From the NCBI GenBank assembly GCA_964035545.1, contig OZ037768.1, positions 15,421,875 to 15,485,874 on the forward strand: DNA of 64,000 nt, in the 5' to 3' direction. This DNA comes from Bugula neritina. Taxonomy: Eukaryota; Animalia; Bryozoa. The translations under genes and the position numbers were made by a program. Numbering within the stretch: the first letter of the stretch is position 1; the number at the start of each line of letters is the position of its first letter. The notes under the pieces were generated by a model. It was not told where the DNA came from. It searched no databases and worked only from the letters and a program-made list of their open reading frames with translations. Positions 43,946 to 58,300 of this stretch are shown here, one piece after another.

Positions 43946-46900
43946 GTAGCAAAACATGCTAGTATTACAAATAAGTGCCGCGAAGTTCTGAAACGTGCCC
44001 GATAGTGCTAGAACTAGAACAAGTGTGCTCAACAGTGCCCAAATGGGCTAAAACATGCCCAAATGTACTAAATTGAGCCAAATATGGTAATGATGCCAAT
44101 AGGTGCCCAGAGGTTCTGAAACGTGCCCTATGGTGCTGATAGTAGAATTAGTGTGCTCAACAGTGCCCAAATGTCCGAAAACACGCCTAAATGTGTTAAA
44201 TTGAGCCATATATGCTAATAGTACCTATTAGTGCCCAAAAGTTCTGATACGGGCCCAATAGTGCCAAAGCTAGAACAAATGTGCTCAACAGTGCCAAAAC
44301 AGGCTAAAACATGCCTAAGTGTGTTAAAATGAGCAAATTGTGCTTATAGTACCTATTGGTGCCCAGAAGTTCTGAAACGTGCCCAATAGTGCTAATAGTA
44401 GAACTGATATGCTCAACAGTGCCCAAATGTGCTAAGTTGAGCCAAACATACTAATAGTACCAATAAGTGCCCAGATGTTCTAAAACGTGCCCAATTGTGC
44501 TGATAGTAGAATTAGTGTGCCTAACAGTGCCCAAATGTGCTTGAACAAGCTCAAATGTGCTGAATTGGGCCAAATATAATAATCGCACCAATAAGCGCCC
44601 AGAGGTTCTGAAACGTGCCCAATAGTGCTAGTAGTAGGACTAGTGTGCTTAACAGTGCCCAAAACTGCTAAATCTTTCACAAATGTCGTAAAACATGCCA
44701 AAATGTGCTAAATTGAGCCAAACATGCTAATAGTACCTTTTAGTGCCCAGAAGTTCTGAAACGGGACCAATAGTGCCAATAGTAGGCCTAGTGTGGTTAA
44801 CAGTGCCCAAATGTCCTAAAACATGACAAAATGTGCTAAATTGAGCCGGACATGCTAATAGTACCAATAAGTGCCCAGAGGTTCTGAAACGTTCCCAATA
44901 GTGCTAATAGTAGAACTGGTGTGCTTAACAGTGCTCGAATCTGCTAAAACATTCCCAAATGGGCCAAAACATGCCCAAATGGGCCAAAACATGCCCAAAT
45001 GTACTAAATTTAGCCAAATATGCTAATAGTACCAATAAGCGCCCAGAGGCTCCGAACCATGCCCAATTGTGCTAACAGTTTAACTGGTGTGCTTAACAGT
45101 GCTCAAATCAGCTAAAACATTCCCAAATGGGCTAAAACATGCCCAAATGTACTAAATTTAGCAAAATCTGCTAGTAGTACCAATAAGTGCCCAGAAGTTC
45201 TGAAACGTGCCCAATAGTGCTCGAACTCGAACAAGTGTGCCCAACAGTGCCCAAATGTTCTAAAAGATTCCCCAATCTGCTAAAACATGCCCAAATGTAT
45301 TAAATTGAGCCAAATACACAAATACCCAAAGTAGGCGCTCAGAGGTTCCTAAACTTGCCCAATATTGCTAATAGTAGGACTAGTGTGCTTAACAGTGCCC
45401 AAATCTGCTAAATCATTCCCAATCGGGCTAAAACATGCCCAAATGAACTAAATTCTGTCATATATGCTAATAGTACCTATTAGTGCCCAGAAGTTCTGAA
45501 ACGTGCCCAATAGTGCTAATAGTAGAACTAGTGCGCTCAACAGTGCCCAAAGGTGCTAAAAGATTCCCCAATGTACTAAAACATGCCCAAATGTATTAAA
45601 TTGAGCCAAATACACTAATAGCAACAATAAGCGCCCAGAGGTTCTTAAACTTCCTAAATAGTGCTAATAGTAGGACTAGTGTGCTTAACAGTGCCCAAAC
45701 CTGCTAAATCATTCCCAAAAGTCGTAAAACATGCCAAAATGCGCTAAATTGAGCCAAACATGCTAATACTACCATTTAGTAGCCAGAAGTTCGGAAACTT
45801 GCCAAATAGTGCTAATAGTAGGATTAGTGTGCTTAACAGTGCCCAAATTTGCTAAAACATTCGCAAATGGGTGAAAACATGCCCAAATGTACTAAATTGA
45901 GCCAAATATGGTAATAGTACCAAGAGGTGCCCAGAGGTTCTGAAACGTGCCCTATGGTGCTGATAGTAGAATTAGTGTGCTCAACAGTGCCCAAATGTCC
46001 CAAAGCATGCCAAAATGTGCTGAATTGAGCCAAACATGCTAATAGTACCATTTGGTAGCCAGAAGTTCGGAAACTTGCCAAATAGTGCTAATAGTAGGAT
46101 TAGTGTGCTTAACAGTGCCCAAATTTGCTAAAACATTCCCAAATGTAATAACTTGAGCCAAATATGCTAATAGCACCTGTTAGTGCCCAGAAGTTCTTAT
46201 CCGGGCCCAATAGTGCCAAAGCTAGAACAAGTGTGCTCAACAGTGCCAAAACATGCTAAAACATGCCCAAATGTGTTAAATGAGCCAATTCTGCTAATAG
46301 TACCTATTAGTGCCCAGAAATTCTGAAACGTGCCCAAAAGTGCTAATAGTAGAACTAGTGTGCTCAACAGTGCCCAAATGTGCTCAGCAGTGCCCAAATG
46401 GGCTAAATTGAGCCAAATAAACTAATAGTACCAATAAGTGCCCAGAGGTTATAAAACGTGCCTAATAGTGCTGATAGTAGAACTAGTGTGCCTAACAGTG
46501 CCCAAATAAGCTTAAACAAGCCCAAATGTGCTAAATTGAGCCAAATATGCTAATAGTACCAGTAAGTACCCAGAAATTCTGAAACGTGCCCAATAGTGCT
46601 AATAGTAGAACTGGTGCGCTCAACAGTGCACAAAGGTGCTGAAAGATTCCCAAATGGGCTAAAACAAGTCCAAATGTACTAAATTTAGCAAAACATGCTA
46701 ATAGTACCAATAGGTGCCCAGGGGTTCTGAAACGTGCCCTATAGTGCTGATAGTAGAATTAGTGTGCTCAACAGTGCCCAAATGTCGTATAACATGCGAA
46801 ATGTGCTGAATTGAGCCAAATATGCTAATAACACCAATAAGCGCCCAGAGGTTCTTAAACTTCCCAAATAGTGCTAATAGTACAACTAGTGTGCTTAACA

Positions 46901-48913
46901 GTGCCCAAATTTGCTAAAACATTCCGAAATGTACTAAATTGAGCCAAATATGCTGATAGTACCTATTAGTGCCCAGAAACTCTGATACGGGCCCAATAGT
47001 GCCAAAACTAGAACAAGTGTGCTCAACAGTGCCAAAACGCACTAAAACATGCCCAAATGTGCTATAACATGCCCAAATGTGCTATAACATGCCCAAATGT
47101 GCTAAATTGAGCCAAATATACCAATAGTACCAATAAGTGCCCAGAGGTTCTAAAACATGGCCAATAGTGCTGATAGTACAACTAGATGCCCAACAGTGCC
47201 CAAATGTGCTAAAAAACTCCCCAATCTGCTAAAACATGCCCAAATGTATTAAATTGAGCCAAATACACAAATACCCCAAATAAGCGCCCAGAGGTTCTTA
47301 AACTTGATCAATATTGCCAATAGTAGGACTAGTGTGCCTAACAGCGCCCAAATCTGCTAAATCATTCCCAATTGGGCTAAAGCACGCTAAAATGAACTAA
47401 ATTCTGCCAAATATGCTAATAGTACCAATGAGTGCCAAGAGGTTCCGAAACATGCCCAATAGTGATAATAGTAGAACTAGTGTGGTTAACAGTGCCCAAA
47501 TTTGCTAAAACTTTCCTAAATGTACTAAATTTAGCCGAATATGCTAATAGTACCAATAAGCGCCCAGAGGCTTTGAACCATGCCCAATTGTGCTAATAGT
47601 TTAACTGGTGTGCTTAACAGTGCTCAAATCTGCTAAAACATTCCCAAATGGGCTAAAACATGTCTAAATGTACTAAATTTAGCAAAACATGCTAATAGTA
47701 CCAACATGTTCCCAGAGGTTCTGAAACGTGCCCTATAGTGCTGATAGTAGAATTAGTCTGCTCAACAATGCCAAAATGTCCTAAAGCATGCCAAAATGTG
47801 CTGAATTGAGCCAAACATGCTAATAGTACCATTTAGTGGCCAGAAGTTCGGAAATCTGCCAAATAGTGCTAATAGTAGGATTAGTGTGCTTAACAGTGCC
47901 CATTTTTGCTAAAACATTCCCAAATGTACTAAATTGAGCCAAATATGCTAATAGTACCTATTAGTGCCCAGAGGTTCTGATCCGGGCCAAATAGTGCCAA
48001 AGCTAAAACAAGTGTGCTCAACAGTGCCAAAACAGGCTAAAACATGCCCAAATGTGTTAAATAAGCCAATTGTGCTAGTAGTACCTATTAATGCCCAGAA
48101 GTTCTGAACTGTGCCCAATAGTGCTAATAGTAGAACTAGTGCGCTCAACAGTGCCCAAAGGTGCTAAAAGATTCCCAAGTGTACTAAAACATGCCCAAGT
48201 GTATTAAATTAAGCCAAATTCACTAATAGCACCAATTAGCGCCAAGAGGTTCTTAAACTTGCCAAAAAGTGCTAATAGTAGGACTAGTGTGCTTAACAGT
48301 GCCCAAATCTGCTAAATCATTCCCAAATGTCGTAAAACATGCCAAAATGTGCTAAATTGTGCCAAACATGCTAATAGTACCAATAAGTGCCCAGATGTTC
48401 CAAAACGTGGCCAATAGTGATAATAGTAGGACTAGTGTGCGTAACAGTGCCCAAATAGCCTAAAACATGCCAAAATGTGCTAAATTCAGCCAAACATGCT
48501 ATTAGTACCTTTTAGTGGCCAAAAGTTCTGAAACGTGCCCAATAATGCTAATGGTATAACTAGTGTGCTTAACAGTGCCCAAATTTGCTAAAACATTCCC
48601 AAATGTACTAAATTGAGCCAAATATGCTAATAGTACCTATTAGTGCCCAGAAACTCTGATACGGGCCCAATAGTGCCAAAACTAGAACAAGTGTGCTCAA
48701 CAGTGCCAAAACGCACTAAAACATGCCCAAATGTGCTATAACATGCCCAAATGTGCTATAACATGACTAAATGTGCTAAATTGAGCCAAATATACTAATA
48801 GTACCAATAAATGCCCAGAGGTTCTAAAACATGGCCAATAGTGCTGATAGTAGAACTAGAGTGCCCAACAGTGCCCAAATGTGCTAAAAGATTCCCCAAT
48901 CTGCTAAAACATG

Positions 48914-51900
48914 CCCAAATGTATTAAATTGGGCCAAATACACAAATACCCCAAATAAGCGCCCAGAGGTTCTTAAACTTGCCCAATGTTGCTAATAGTA
49001 GGACTAGTGTGCAAAACAGTGCCCAAATCTGCTAAACCATTCCCAATTGGGCTAAAACACGCTCAAATGAACTATATTCTGCCAAATATGCTAATAGTAC
49101 CAATGAGTGCCAAGAGGTTCCGAAACGTGCCCAATAGTGATAATAGTAGAACTAGTGTGCGTAACAGTGCCCAAATAGCCTAAAACATGCCAAAATGTGC
49201 TAAATTCAGCCAAACATGCTAATAGTACCTTTTAGTGCCCAGAAGTCCTGAAACGGGCCCAATAGTGCTAATAGTAGGCTTAGTGTAGTTAACAGTGCCC
49301 AAATTTGCTAAAACTTTCCCAAATGTACTAAATTCAGCCAAATATGCTAATAGTACCAATAAGCGCCCAGAGGCTCTGAACCATGCCCAATTGTGCTGAT
49401 AGTAGAACTAGTGTGTCTAACAGTGCCCAAATTAGCTTAAACAAGCCCAAATGTTCTAAATTGAGCCATATACGCTAATAGTACCTATTGGTGCCCAAAA
49501 GTTCTGATACGGGCCCAATAGTGCCAAAGCTAGAACAAATATGCTCAACAGTGCCAAAACGGGCTAAAACATGCCTAAATGTGTTAAATTGAGCCAATTG
49601 TGCTTATAGTACCTATTAGTGCCCAGAAATTCTGAATTGTGCCCAATAGTGCTAATAGTAGAATTAGTGTGCTCAACAGTGCCCAAATGGGCTAGATTGA
49701 GCCAAATATACTAATAGTACCAATAAGTGCCCAGAGGTTTTAAAACGTGCCCAGAGGTTCTAAAACGTGCCCAATAGTGCTGATAGTGGAACTAGTGTGC
49801 CTAACAGTGCCCAAATGTGCTTAAACAAGCCCAAATGTGCTAAACTGAGCCAAATATACTAATAGTACCAATTAGTGCCCAGAGGTTCTTAAACTTCCCA
49901 AATAGTGCTAATAGTAGGACTAGTGTGCTTAACAGTGCCCAAATTTGCTAAAACATTCCCAAATGTACTAAATTGAGCCAAATATGCTAATAGTACCTAT
50001 TAGTGCCCTGAAACTCTGATACGGGCCCAATAGTGCCAAAACTAGAACAAGTGTGCTCAACAGTGCCAAAACGCACTAAAACATGCCCAAATGTGCTATA
50101 ACATGCCCAAATGTGCTATAACAAGACTAAATGTGCTAAATTGAGCCAAATATACTAATAGTACCAATAAGTGCCCAGAGGTTCTAAAACATGGCCAATA
50201 GTGCTGATAGTAGAACTAGAGTGCCCAACAGTGCCCAAATGTGCTAAAACATTCCCAAATGGGCTAAAACATGCCCAAATTTACTAAATTGAGCCAAATA
50301 TGCTAATAGTACCAATAAGTGCCCAGAGGTTCTGAAACGTGCCAATAGTGCTAATAGTAGGACTAGTGTGCTTAACAGTGCCCAAATCTGCTAAATCAAT
50401 CCCAATTGAGGTAAAACACGCTCAAATGAACTAAATTCTGCCAAATATGCTAATAGTACCAATAAGTGCCAAGAGGTTCCGAAACGTGCCCAATAGTGAT
50501 AATAATAGATCTGGTGTACGTAACAGTGCCCAAATAGCCTAAAACATGCCAAAATGTGCTAAATTGAGCCAAACATGCTAATAGTACCATTTAGTGCCCA
50601 AAAGTTCTGATACGGGCCCAATAGTGCCAAAGCTAGAACAAATATGCTCAACAGTGCCAAAACGGGCTAAAACATGCCTAAATGTGTTAAATTGAGCCAA
50701 TTGTGCTAATAGTACCTATTAGTGCCCAGAAGTTCTAAAATGTGCCCAATAGTGCTAATAGTAAAACTAGTGTGCTCAACAGTGCCCAAATGTGCTAAAT
50801 TGAGCCAAATATACTAATAGTGCCAATAAGTGCCCAGAGGTTCAAAAACGTGCCCAATTGTGCTGATAGTAGAACTAGTGTGCCTAACAGTGCCCAAATG
50901 TGCTTAAACATTCCCAAATGGGCTAAAACATGCCCAAATTTACTAAATTGAGCCAAATTTGCTAATAGTTTAACTGGTGTGCTTAACAATGCGCAAATCT
51001 GCTAAAACATTCCCAAATGTATTAAATTGGGCCAAATACACAAATACCCCAAATAAGCGCCCAGAGGTTCTTAAACTTGCCCAATGTTGCTAATAGTAGG
51101 ACTAGTGTGCAAAACAGTGCCCAAATCTGCTAAACCATTCCCAATTGGGCTAAAACACGCTCAAATGAACTATATTCTGCCAAATATGCTAATAGTACCA
51201 ATGAGTGCCAAGAGGTTCCGAAACGTGCCCAATAGTGATAATAGTAGAACTAGTGTGCGTAACAGTGCCCAAATAGCCTAAAACATGCCAAAATGTGCTA
51301 AATTCAGCCAAACATGCTAATAGTACCTTTTAGTGCCCAGAAGTCCTGAAACGGGCCCAATAGTGCTAATAGTAGGCTTAGTGTAGTTAACAGTGCCCAA
51401 ATTTGCTAAAACTTTCCCAAATGTACTAAATTCAGCCAAATATGCTAATAGTACCAATAAGCGCCCAGAGGCTCTGAACCATGCCCAATTGTGCTGATAG
51501 TAGAACTAGTGTGTCTAACAGTGCCCAAATTAGCTTAAACAAGCCCAAATGTTCTAAATTGAGCCATATACGCTAATAGTACCTATTGGTGCCCAAAAGT
51601 TCTGATACGGGCCCAATAGTGCCAAAGCTAGAACAAATATGCTCAACAGTGCCAAAACGGGCTAAAACATGCCTAAATGTGTTAAATTGAGCCAATTGTG
51701 CTTATAGTACCTATTAGTGCCCAGAAATTCTGAATTGTGCCCAATAGTGCTAATAGTAGAATTAGTGTGCTCAACAGTGCCCAAATGGGCTAGATTGAGC
51801 CAAATATACTAATAGTACCAATAAGTGCCCAGAGGTTTTAAAACGTGCCCAGAGGTTCTAAAACGTGCCCAATAGTGCTGATAGTGGAACTAGTGTGCCT

Positions 51901-52347
51901 AACAGTGCCCAAATGTGCTTAAACAAGCCCAAATGTGCTAAACTGAGCCAAATATACTAATAGTACCAATTAGTGCCCAGAGGTTCTTAAACTTCCCAAA
52001 TAGTGCTAATAGTAGGACTAGTGTGCTTAACAGTGCCCAAATTTGCTAAAACATTCCCAAATGTACTAAATTGAGCCAAATATGCTAATAGTACCAATTA
52101 GTGCCCTGAAACTCTGATACGGGCCCAATAGTGCCAAAACTAGAACAAGTGTGCTCAACAGTGCCAAAACGCACTAAAACATGCCCAAATGTGCTATAAC
52201 ATGCCCAAATGTGCTATAACAAGACTAAATGTGCTAAATTGAGCCAAATATACTAATAGTACCAATAAGTGCCCAGAGGTTCTAAAACATGGCCAATAGT
52301 GCTGATAGTAGAACTAGAGTGCCCAACAGTGCCCAAATGTGCTAAAA
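48914..52347. repeat. ~1,336-bp duplicate pair at +2,098 within satellite B (48914-50249 and 51012-52347)
   Basis: Identical ORF-track entries at 48986 and 51084. Rare variants are shared throughout (e.g. the 20-bp stutter GCCCAGAGGTTTTAAAACGT), and about one difference was seen. Confidence 0.9.
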
Positions 52348-55300
52348 GATTCCCCAATCTGCTAAAACATGCCCAAATGTATTAAATTGAGCCAAATACA
52401 CAAATACCCCAAAGAAGCGCCCAGAGGTTCTTAAACTTGCCCAATAGGGATAATAGTAGAAGTAGTGTGCGTAACAGTGCCCAAATCTGCTAAATCATTC
52501 CCAATTTGGCTAAAACACGCTCAAATGAACTAAATTCTGCCAAATATGCTAATAGTACAAATAAGCGCCAAGAGGTTCCGAAACGTGCCCAATAGTGATA
52601 ATAATAGAACTAGTCTGCGTAACAGTGCCCAAATAGCCTAAAACATGCCAAAATGTGCTCAATTCAGCCAAACATGCTAATAGTACCTTTTAGTGCCAAG
52701 AAGTTCTGAAACGGGTCCAATAGTGCTAATAGTAGGCCTAGTGTAGTTAACAGTGCCCAACTTTGCTAAAACTTTCCCAAATGTACTAAATTCAGCCAAA
52801 TATGCTAATAGTACCAATAAGCGCCCAGAGGCTCCGAACCATGCCCAATTGTGCTGATAGCAGAACTAGTGTGTCTAACAGTGCCCAAATTTGCTAAAAC
52901 AATCCCAAATGTACTAAATTGAGCCACATATGCTAATAGTACCTATTAGTGCCCAAAAGTTCTGATACGGGCCCAATAGTGCCAAAGCTAGAACAAATGT
53001 GCTCAACAGTGCCAAAACAGGCTAAAACATGCCTAAGTGTGGTAAAATGAGCCAATTGTGCTAATAGTACCTATTAGTGCCAGAAGTTCTGAAACGTGCC
53101 CAATAGTGCTAATAGTAGAACTAGTATGCTCAACAGTGCCCAAATGTGCTAAATTGAGCCAAACATACTAATAGTACCAATAAGTGCCCAGAGGTTCTAA
53201 AACGTGCCCAATTGTGCTGATAGAAGAACTAGTGTGCCTGACAGTGCCCAAATGTGCTTAAACAAGCCCAAATGTGTTAACTTGGGCCAAATATAATAAT
53301 CGTACCAATAAGCACCCAGAGGTTCTGAGGCGTGCCCAATAGTGCTAATAGTAGAACTGATGTGCTTAACAGTGCCCAAATGTGCTAAAACATTCCCAAA
53401 TGGGCTAAAACATGCCCAAATTTACTAAATTGAGCCAAATATGCTAATAGTACCAATAAGTGCCCAGAGGTTCTGAAACGTGCCCAATAGTGCTAATAGT
53501 AGGACTAGTGTGCTTAACAGTGCCCAAATCTGCTAAATCTTTCACAAATGTCGTAAAACATGCCAAAATGTGCTAAATTGAGCCAAACATGCTAATAGTA
53601 CCTTTTAGTGCCCAGAAGTTCTGGAACGGGCCCAATAGTGCTAATAGTAGGCCTAGTGTGGTTAACAGTGCCCAAATTTGCTAAAACTTTCCCAAATGTA
53701 CTAAATTTAGCCAAATATGCTAATAGTACCAATACGCGCCCAGAGGCTCGAACCATGCCCAATTGTGCTAATAGTTTAACTGGTGTGCTTAACAGTGCTC
53801 AAATCTGCTAAAACATTCCCAAATTTGCTAAGACATTCCCAAATGTATTAAATTGAGCCAAATATGCTAATAGCACCAATAAGCGCCCAGAGGTTCTTAA
53901 ACTTCCCAAATAGTCCTAATAGTAGGACTAGTGTGCTTAACAGTGCCCAAATTTGCTAAAACATTCCCAAATGTACTAAATTGAGCCAAATATGCTAATA
54001 GTACCTATTAGTGCCCAGAAACTCTGATACGGGCCCAATAGTGCTAAAACTAGAACAAGTGTGCTCAACAGTGCAAAAAACGCACTAAAACATGCCCAAA
54101 TGTGCTATAACATGCCCAAATGTGCTATAACATGACTAAATGTGCTAAATTGAGCCAAATATACTAATAGTACCAATAAGTGCCCAGAGGTTCTAAAACA
54201 TGGCCAATAGTGCTGACAGTAGAACTAGGGTGCCCAACAGTGCCCAAATGTGCTAAAAGATTCCCCAATCTGCTAAAACATGCCCAAATGTATTAAATTG
54301 AGCCAAATACACGAATACCCCAAATAAGCGCCCAAAGGTTCTTAAAGTTGCCCAATATTGCTAATAGTAGGACTAGTGTGCTTAACAGTGCCCAAATCTG
54401 CTAAATCAATCCCAATTGAGGTAAAACACGCTCAAATGAACTAAATTCTGCCAAATATGCTAATAGTACCAATAAGTGCCAAGAGGTTCCGAAACGTGCC
54501 CAATAGTGATAATAATAGAACTGGTGTGCGTAACAGTGCCCAAATAGCCTAAAACATGCCAAAATGTGCTAAATTGAGCCAAACATGCTAATAGTACCAT
54601 TTAGTGCCCAAAAGTTCTGATACGGGCCCAATAGTGCCAAAGCTAGAACAAATATGCTCAACAGTGCCAAAACGGGCTAAAACATGCCTAAATGTGTTAA
54701 ATTGAGCCAATTATGCTAATAGTACCTATTAGTGCCCAGAAGTTCTAAAATGTGCCCAATAGTGCTAATAGTAAAACTAGTGTGCTCAACAGTGCCCAAA
54801 TGTGCTAAATTGAGCCAAATATACTAATAGTGCCAATAAGTGCCCAGAGGTTCTAAAACGTGCCCAATTGTGCTGATAGTAGAACTAGTGTGCCTAACAG
54901 TGCCCAAATGTGCTTAAACATTCCCAAATGGGCTAAAACATGCCCAAATTTACTAAATTGAGCCAAATTTGCTAATAGTTCCAATAAGTGCCCAGAGGTT
55001 CTGAAACGGGCCCAATAGTGCTAATAGTAGGCTTAGTGTAGTTAACAGTGCCCAAATTTGCTAAAACTTTCCCAAATGTACTAAATTCAGCAAAATATGC
55101 TAATAGTACCAATAAGCGCCCAGAGGCTCTGAACCATGCCCAATTGTGCTAATAGTTTAACTGGTGTGCTTAACAATGCGCAAATCTGCTAAAACATTCC
55201 CAAATTTGCTAAAACATTCCCAAATGTACTAAATTGAGCAAAACATGCTAATCGTACCAATAGGTGCCCAGAGGTTCTGAAACGTGCCCTATAGTGCTGA

Positions 55301-58300
55301 TAGTAGAATTAGTGTGCTCAACAGTGCCCAAATGTCCTAAAACATGCCAAAATGTGCTGAATTGAGCCAAACATGCTAATAGTACCATTTAGTGGCCAGA
55401 AGTTCAGTAACTTTCCAAATAGTGCTAATAGTAGGATTAGTGTGCTTAACAGTACCCAATTTTGCTAAAACATTCCCAAATGCACTAAATTGAGCCAATT
55501 ATGCTAATAGTACCTATTAGTGCCCAGAAGTTCTGATCCGGGCCCAATAGTGCCAAAGCTAAAACAAGTGTGCTCAACAGTGCAAAAACAGGCTAAAACA
55601 TGCCTAAATGTGTTAAAATGAGCCAATTGTGCTAATAGTACCTATTAGTGCCCAGAAGTTCTAAAATGTGCCCAATAGTGCTAATAGTAGAACTAGTGTG
55701 CTCAACAGTGCCCAAATGTGCTAAATTGAGCCAAATATACTAATAGTACCAATAAGTGCCCAGAGGTTCTAAAACGTGCCCAATTGTGCTGATAGTAGAA
55801 CTAGTGTGCCTAACAGTGCCCAAATGTGCTTAAACATTCCCAAATGGGCTAAAACATGCCCAAATTTACTAAATTGAGCCAAATTTGCTAATAGTTCCAA
55901 TAAGTGCCCAGAGGTTCTGAAACAAGACCAATAGTGCTAATAGTAGGACTAGTGTGCTTAACAGTGCCCAAATCTGCTAAATCTTTCACAAATGTCCTAA
56001 AACATGCCAAAATGTGCTAAATTGAGCCAAACATGCTAATAGTACCTTTTAGTGCCCAGAAATTCTGAAATGGGCCCAATAGTGCTAATAGTAGGCCTAG
56101 TGTGGTTAACAGTGCCCAAATTTGCTAAGACTTTCCCAAATGTACTGAATTCAGCCAAATATGCTAATAGTACCAATAATCGCCCAGAGGCTCTGAACCA
56201 TGCCCAATTGTGCTAATAGTTTAACTGGTGTGCTTAACAATGCGCAAATCTGCTAAAACAATCCCAAATTTGCTAAAACATTCCCAAATGTACTAAATTG
56301 AGCAAAACACGCTAATAGTACCAATAGGTGCCCAGAGGTTCTAAAACGTGCCCTATAGTGCTGATAGTAGAATTAGTGTGCTCAACAGTGCCCAAATGTC
56401 CTAAAACATGCCAAAATGTGCTGAATTGAGCCAAACATGCTAATAGTACCATTTAGTGGCCAGAAGTTCAGTAACTTTCCAAATAGTGCTAAAAGTAGGC
56501 CTAGTGTAGTTAACAGTGCCCAAATTTGCTAAAACTTTCCCAAATGTACTAAATTCAGCCAAATATGCTAATAGTATCAATAAGCGCCCAGAGGCTCTGA
56601 ACCATGCCCAATTGTGCTGATAGTAGAACTAGTGTGTCTAACAGTGCCCAAATAAGCTTAAACAAGCCCAAATGTTCTAAATTGAGCCATATATGCTAAT
56701 AGTACCTATTGGTGCCCAAAAGTTCTGATACGGGCCCAAGAGTGCCAATGCTAGAACAAATATGCTCAACAGTGTCAAAACGGGCTAAAACATGCCTAAA
56801 TGTGTTAAATTGAGCCAATTGTGCTAATAGTACCTATTAGTGCCCAGAAGTTCTGAAACGTGCCCAATAGTGCTAATAGTAGAACTAGTGTGCTCAACAG
56901 TGCCCAAATGCGCTAAATTGAGCCAAATATTCTAATAGTACCAATAAGTGCCCAGAGGTTTTAAAACGTGCCCAGCGGTTCTAAAACGTGCCCAAGAGTG
57001 CTGATAGTGGAACTAGTGTGCCTGACAGTGCCCAAATGTGCTTAAACAAGCCCAAATGTGCTAAACTGAGCCAAATATACTAATAGTACCAATAAGTGCC
57101 CAGAGGTTCTAAAACGCGCTCAATTGTGCTGATAGTAGAACTAGTGTGCCTGACAGTGCCCAAATGTGCTTAAACAAGCCCAAATGTGTTAACTTGGGCC
57201 AAATAAAATAATCGTACCAATAAGCGCCCAGAGGTTCTGAGGCGTGCCCAATAGTGCTAATAGTAGAACTGATGTGCTTAACAGTGCCCAAATGTGCTCA
57301 AACGTGCCCAAATTTGCTAGAACTTTCCCAAATGTACTAAATTTAGCCAAATATGCTAATAGTACCTATTAGTGCCCAGAAACTCTGATACGGGCCCAAT
57401 AGTGCCAAAACTAGAACAAGTGTGCTCAATAGTGCCAAAGCGCACTAAAACATGCCCAAATGTGCCACCAGTTTAACTGGTGCGCTTAACAGTGCTCAAA
57501 TCTGCTAAAACATTCCCAAATGGGCTAAAACATGTCCAAATGTACTAAATTTAGCAAAACATGCTAATAGTACCAATAGGTGCCCAAGGGTTCTGAAACG
57601 TGCCCTATAGTGCTGATAGTAGAATTAGTGTGCTCAACAGTGCCCAAATTTGCTAAAACATTCCCAAATGTACTAAATTGAGCCAAATATGCTAATAGTA
57701 CCTATTAGTGCCCAGAAACTCTGATACGGGCCCAATAGTGCCAAAACTAGAACAAGTGTGCTCAACAGTGCCAAAACGCACTAAAACATGCCCAAATGTG
57801 CTATAACATGCCCAAATGTGCTACAACATGACTAAATGTGCTAAATTGAGCCAAATGTACCAATAGTACCAATAAGTGCCCAGAGGTTCTAAAACATGGC
57901 CAATAGTGCTGATAGTAGAACTAGATGCCCAACAGTGCCCAAATGTGCTAAAAAATTCCCCAATCTGCTAAAACATGCCCAAATGTATTAAATTGAGCCA
58001 AATACACAAATACCCCAAATAAGTGCCCAGAGGTTCTTAAACTTGATCAATGTTGCTAATAGTAGGACTAGTGTGCCTAACAGTGCCCAAATCTGCTAAA
58101 TCATTCCCAATTGGGCTAAAACACGCTCCAATGAACTAAATTCTGCCAAATATGCTAATAGTACCATTTAGTGGTCATGAATTCGTTAACTTGCCAAATA
58201 GTGCTAATAGTAGGATTAGTGTGCTTAACAGTGCCCATTTTTGCTAAAACATTCCCAAATGTACTAAATTGAGCCAAATATGCTAATAGTACCTATTAGT

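Noticed and set aside
35924-57291. Short ORFs in satellite B (LGTFQNFWALIGT-type)
   Set aside because: These are translations of satellite monomers that recur with the repeat and show no domain-like content.
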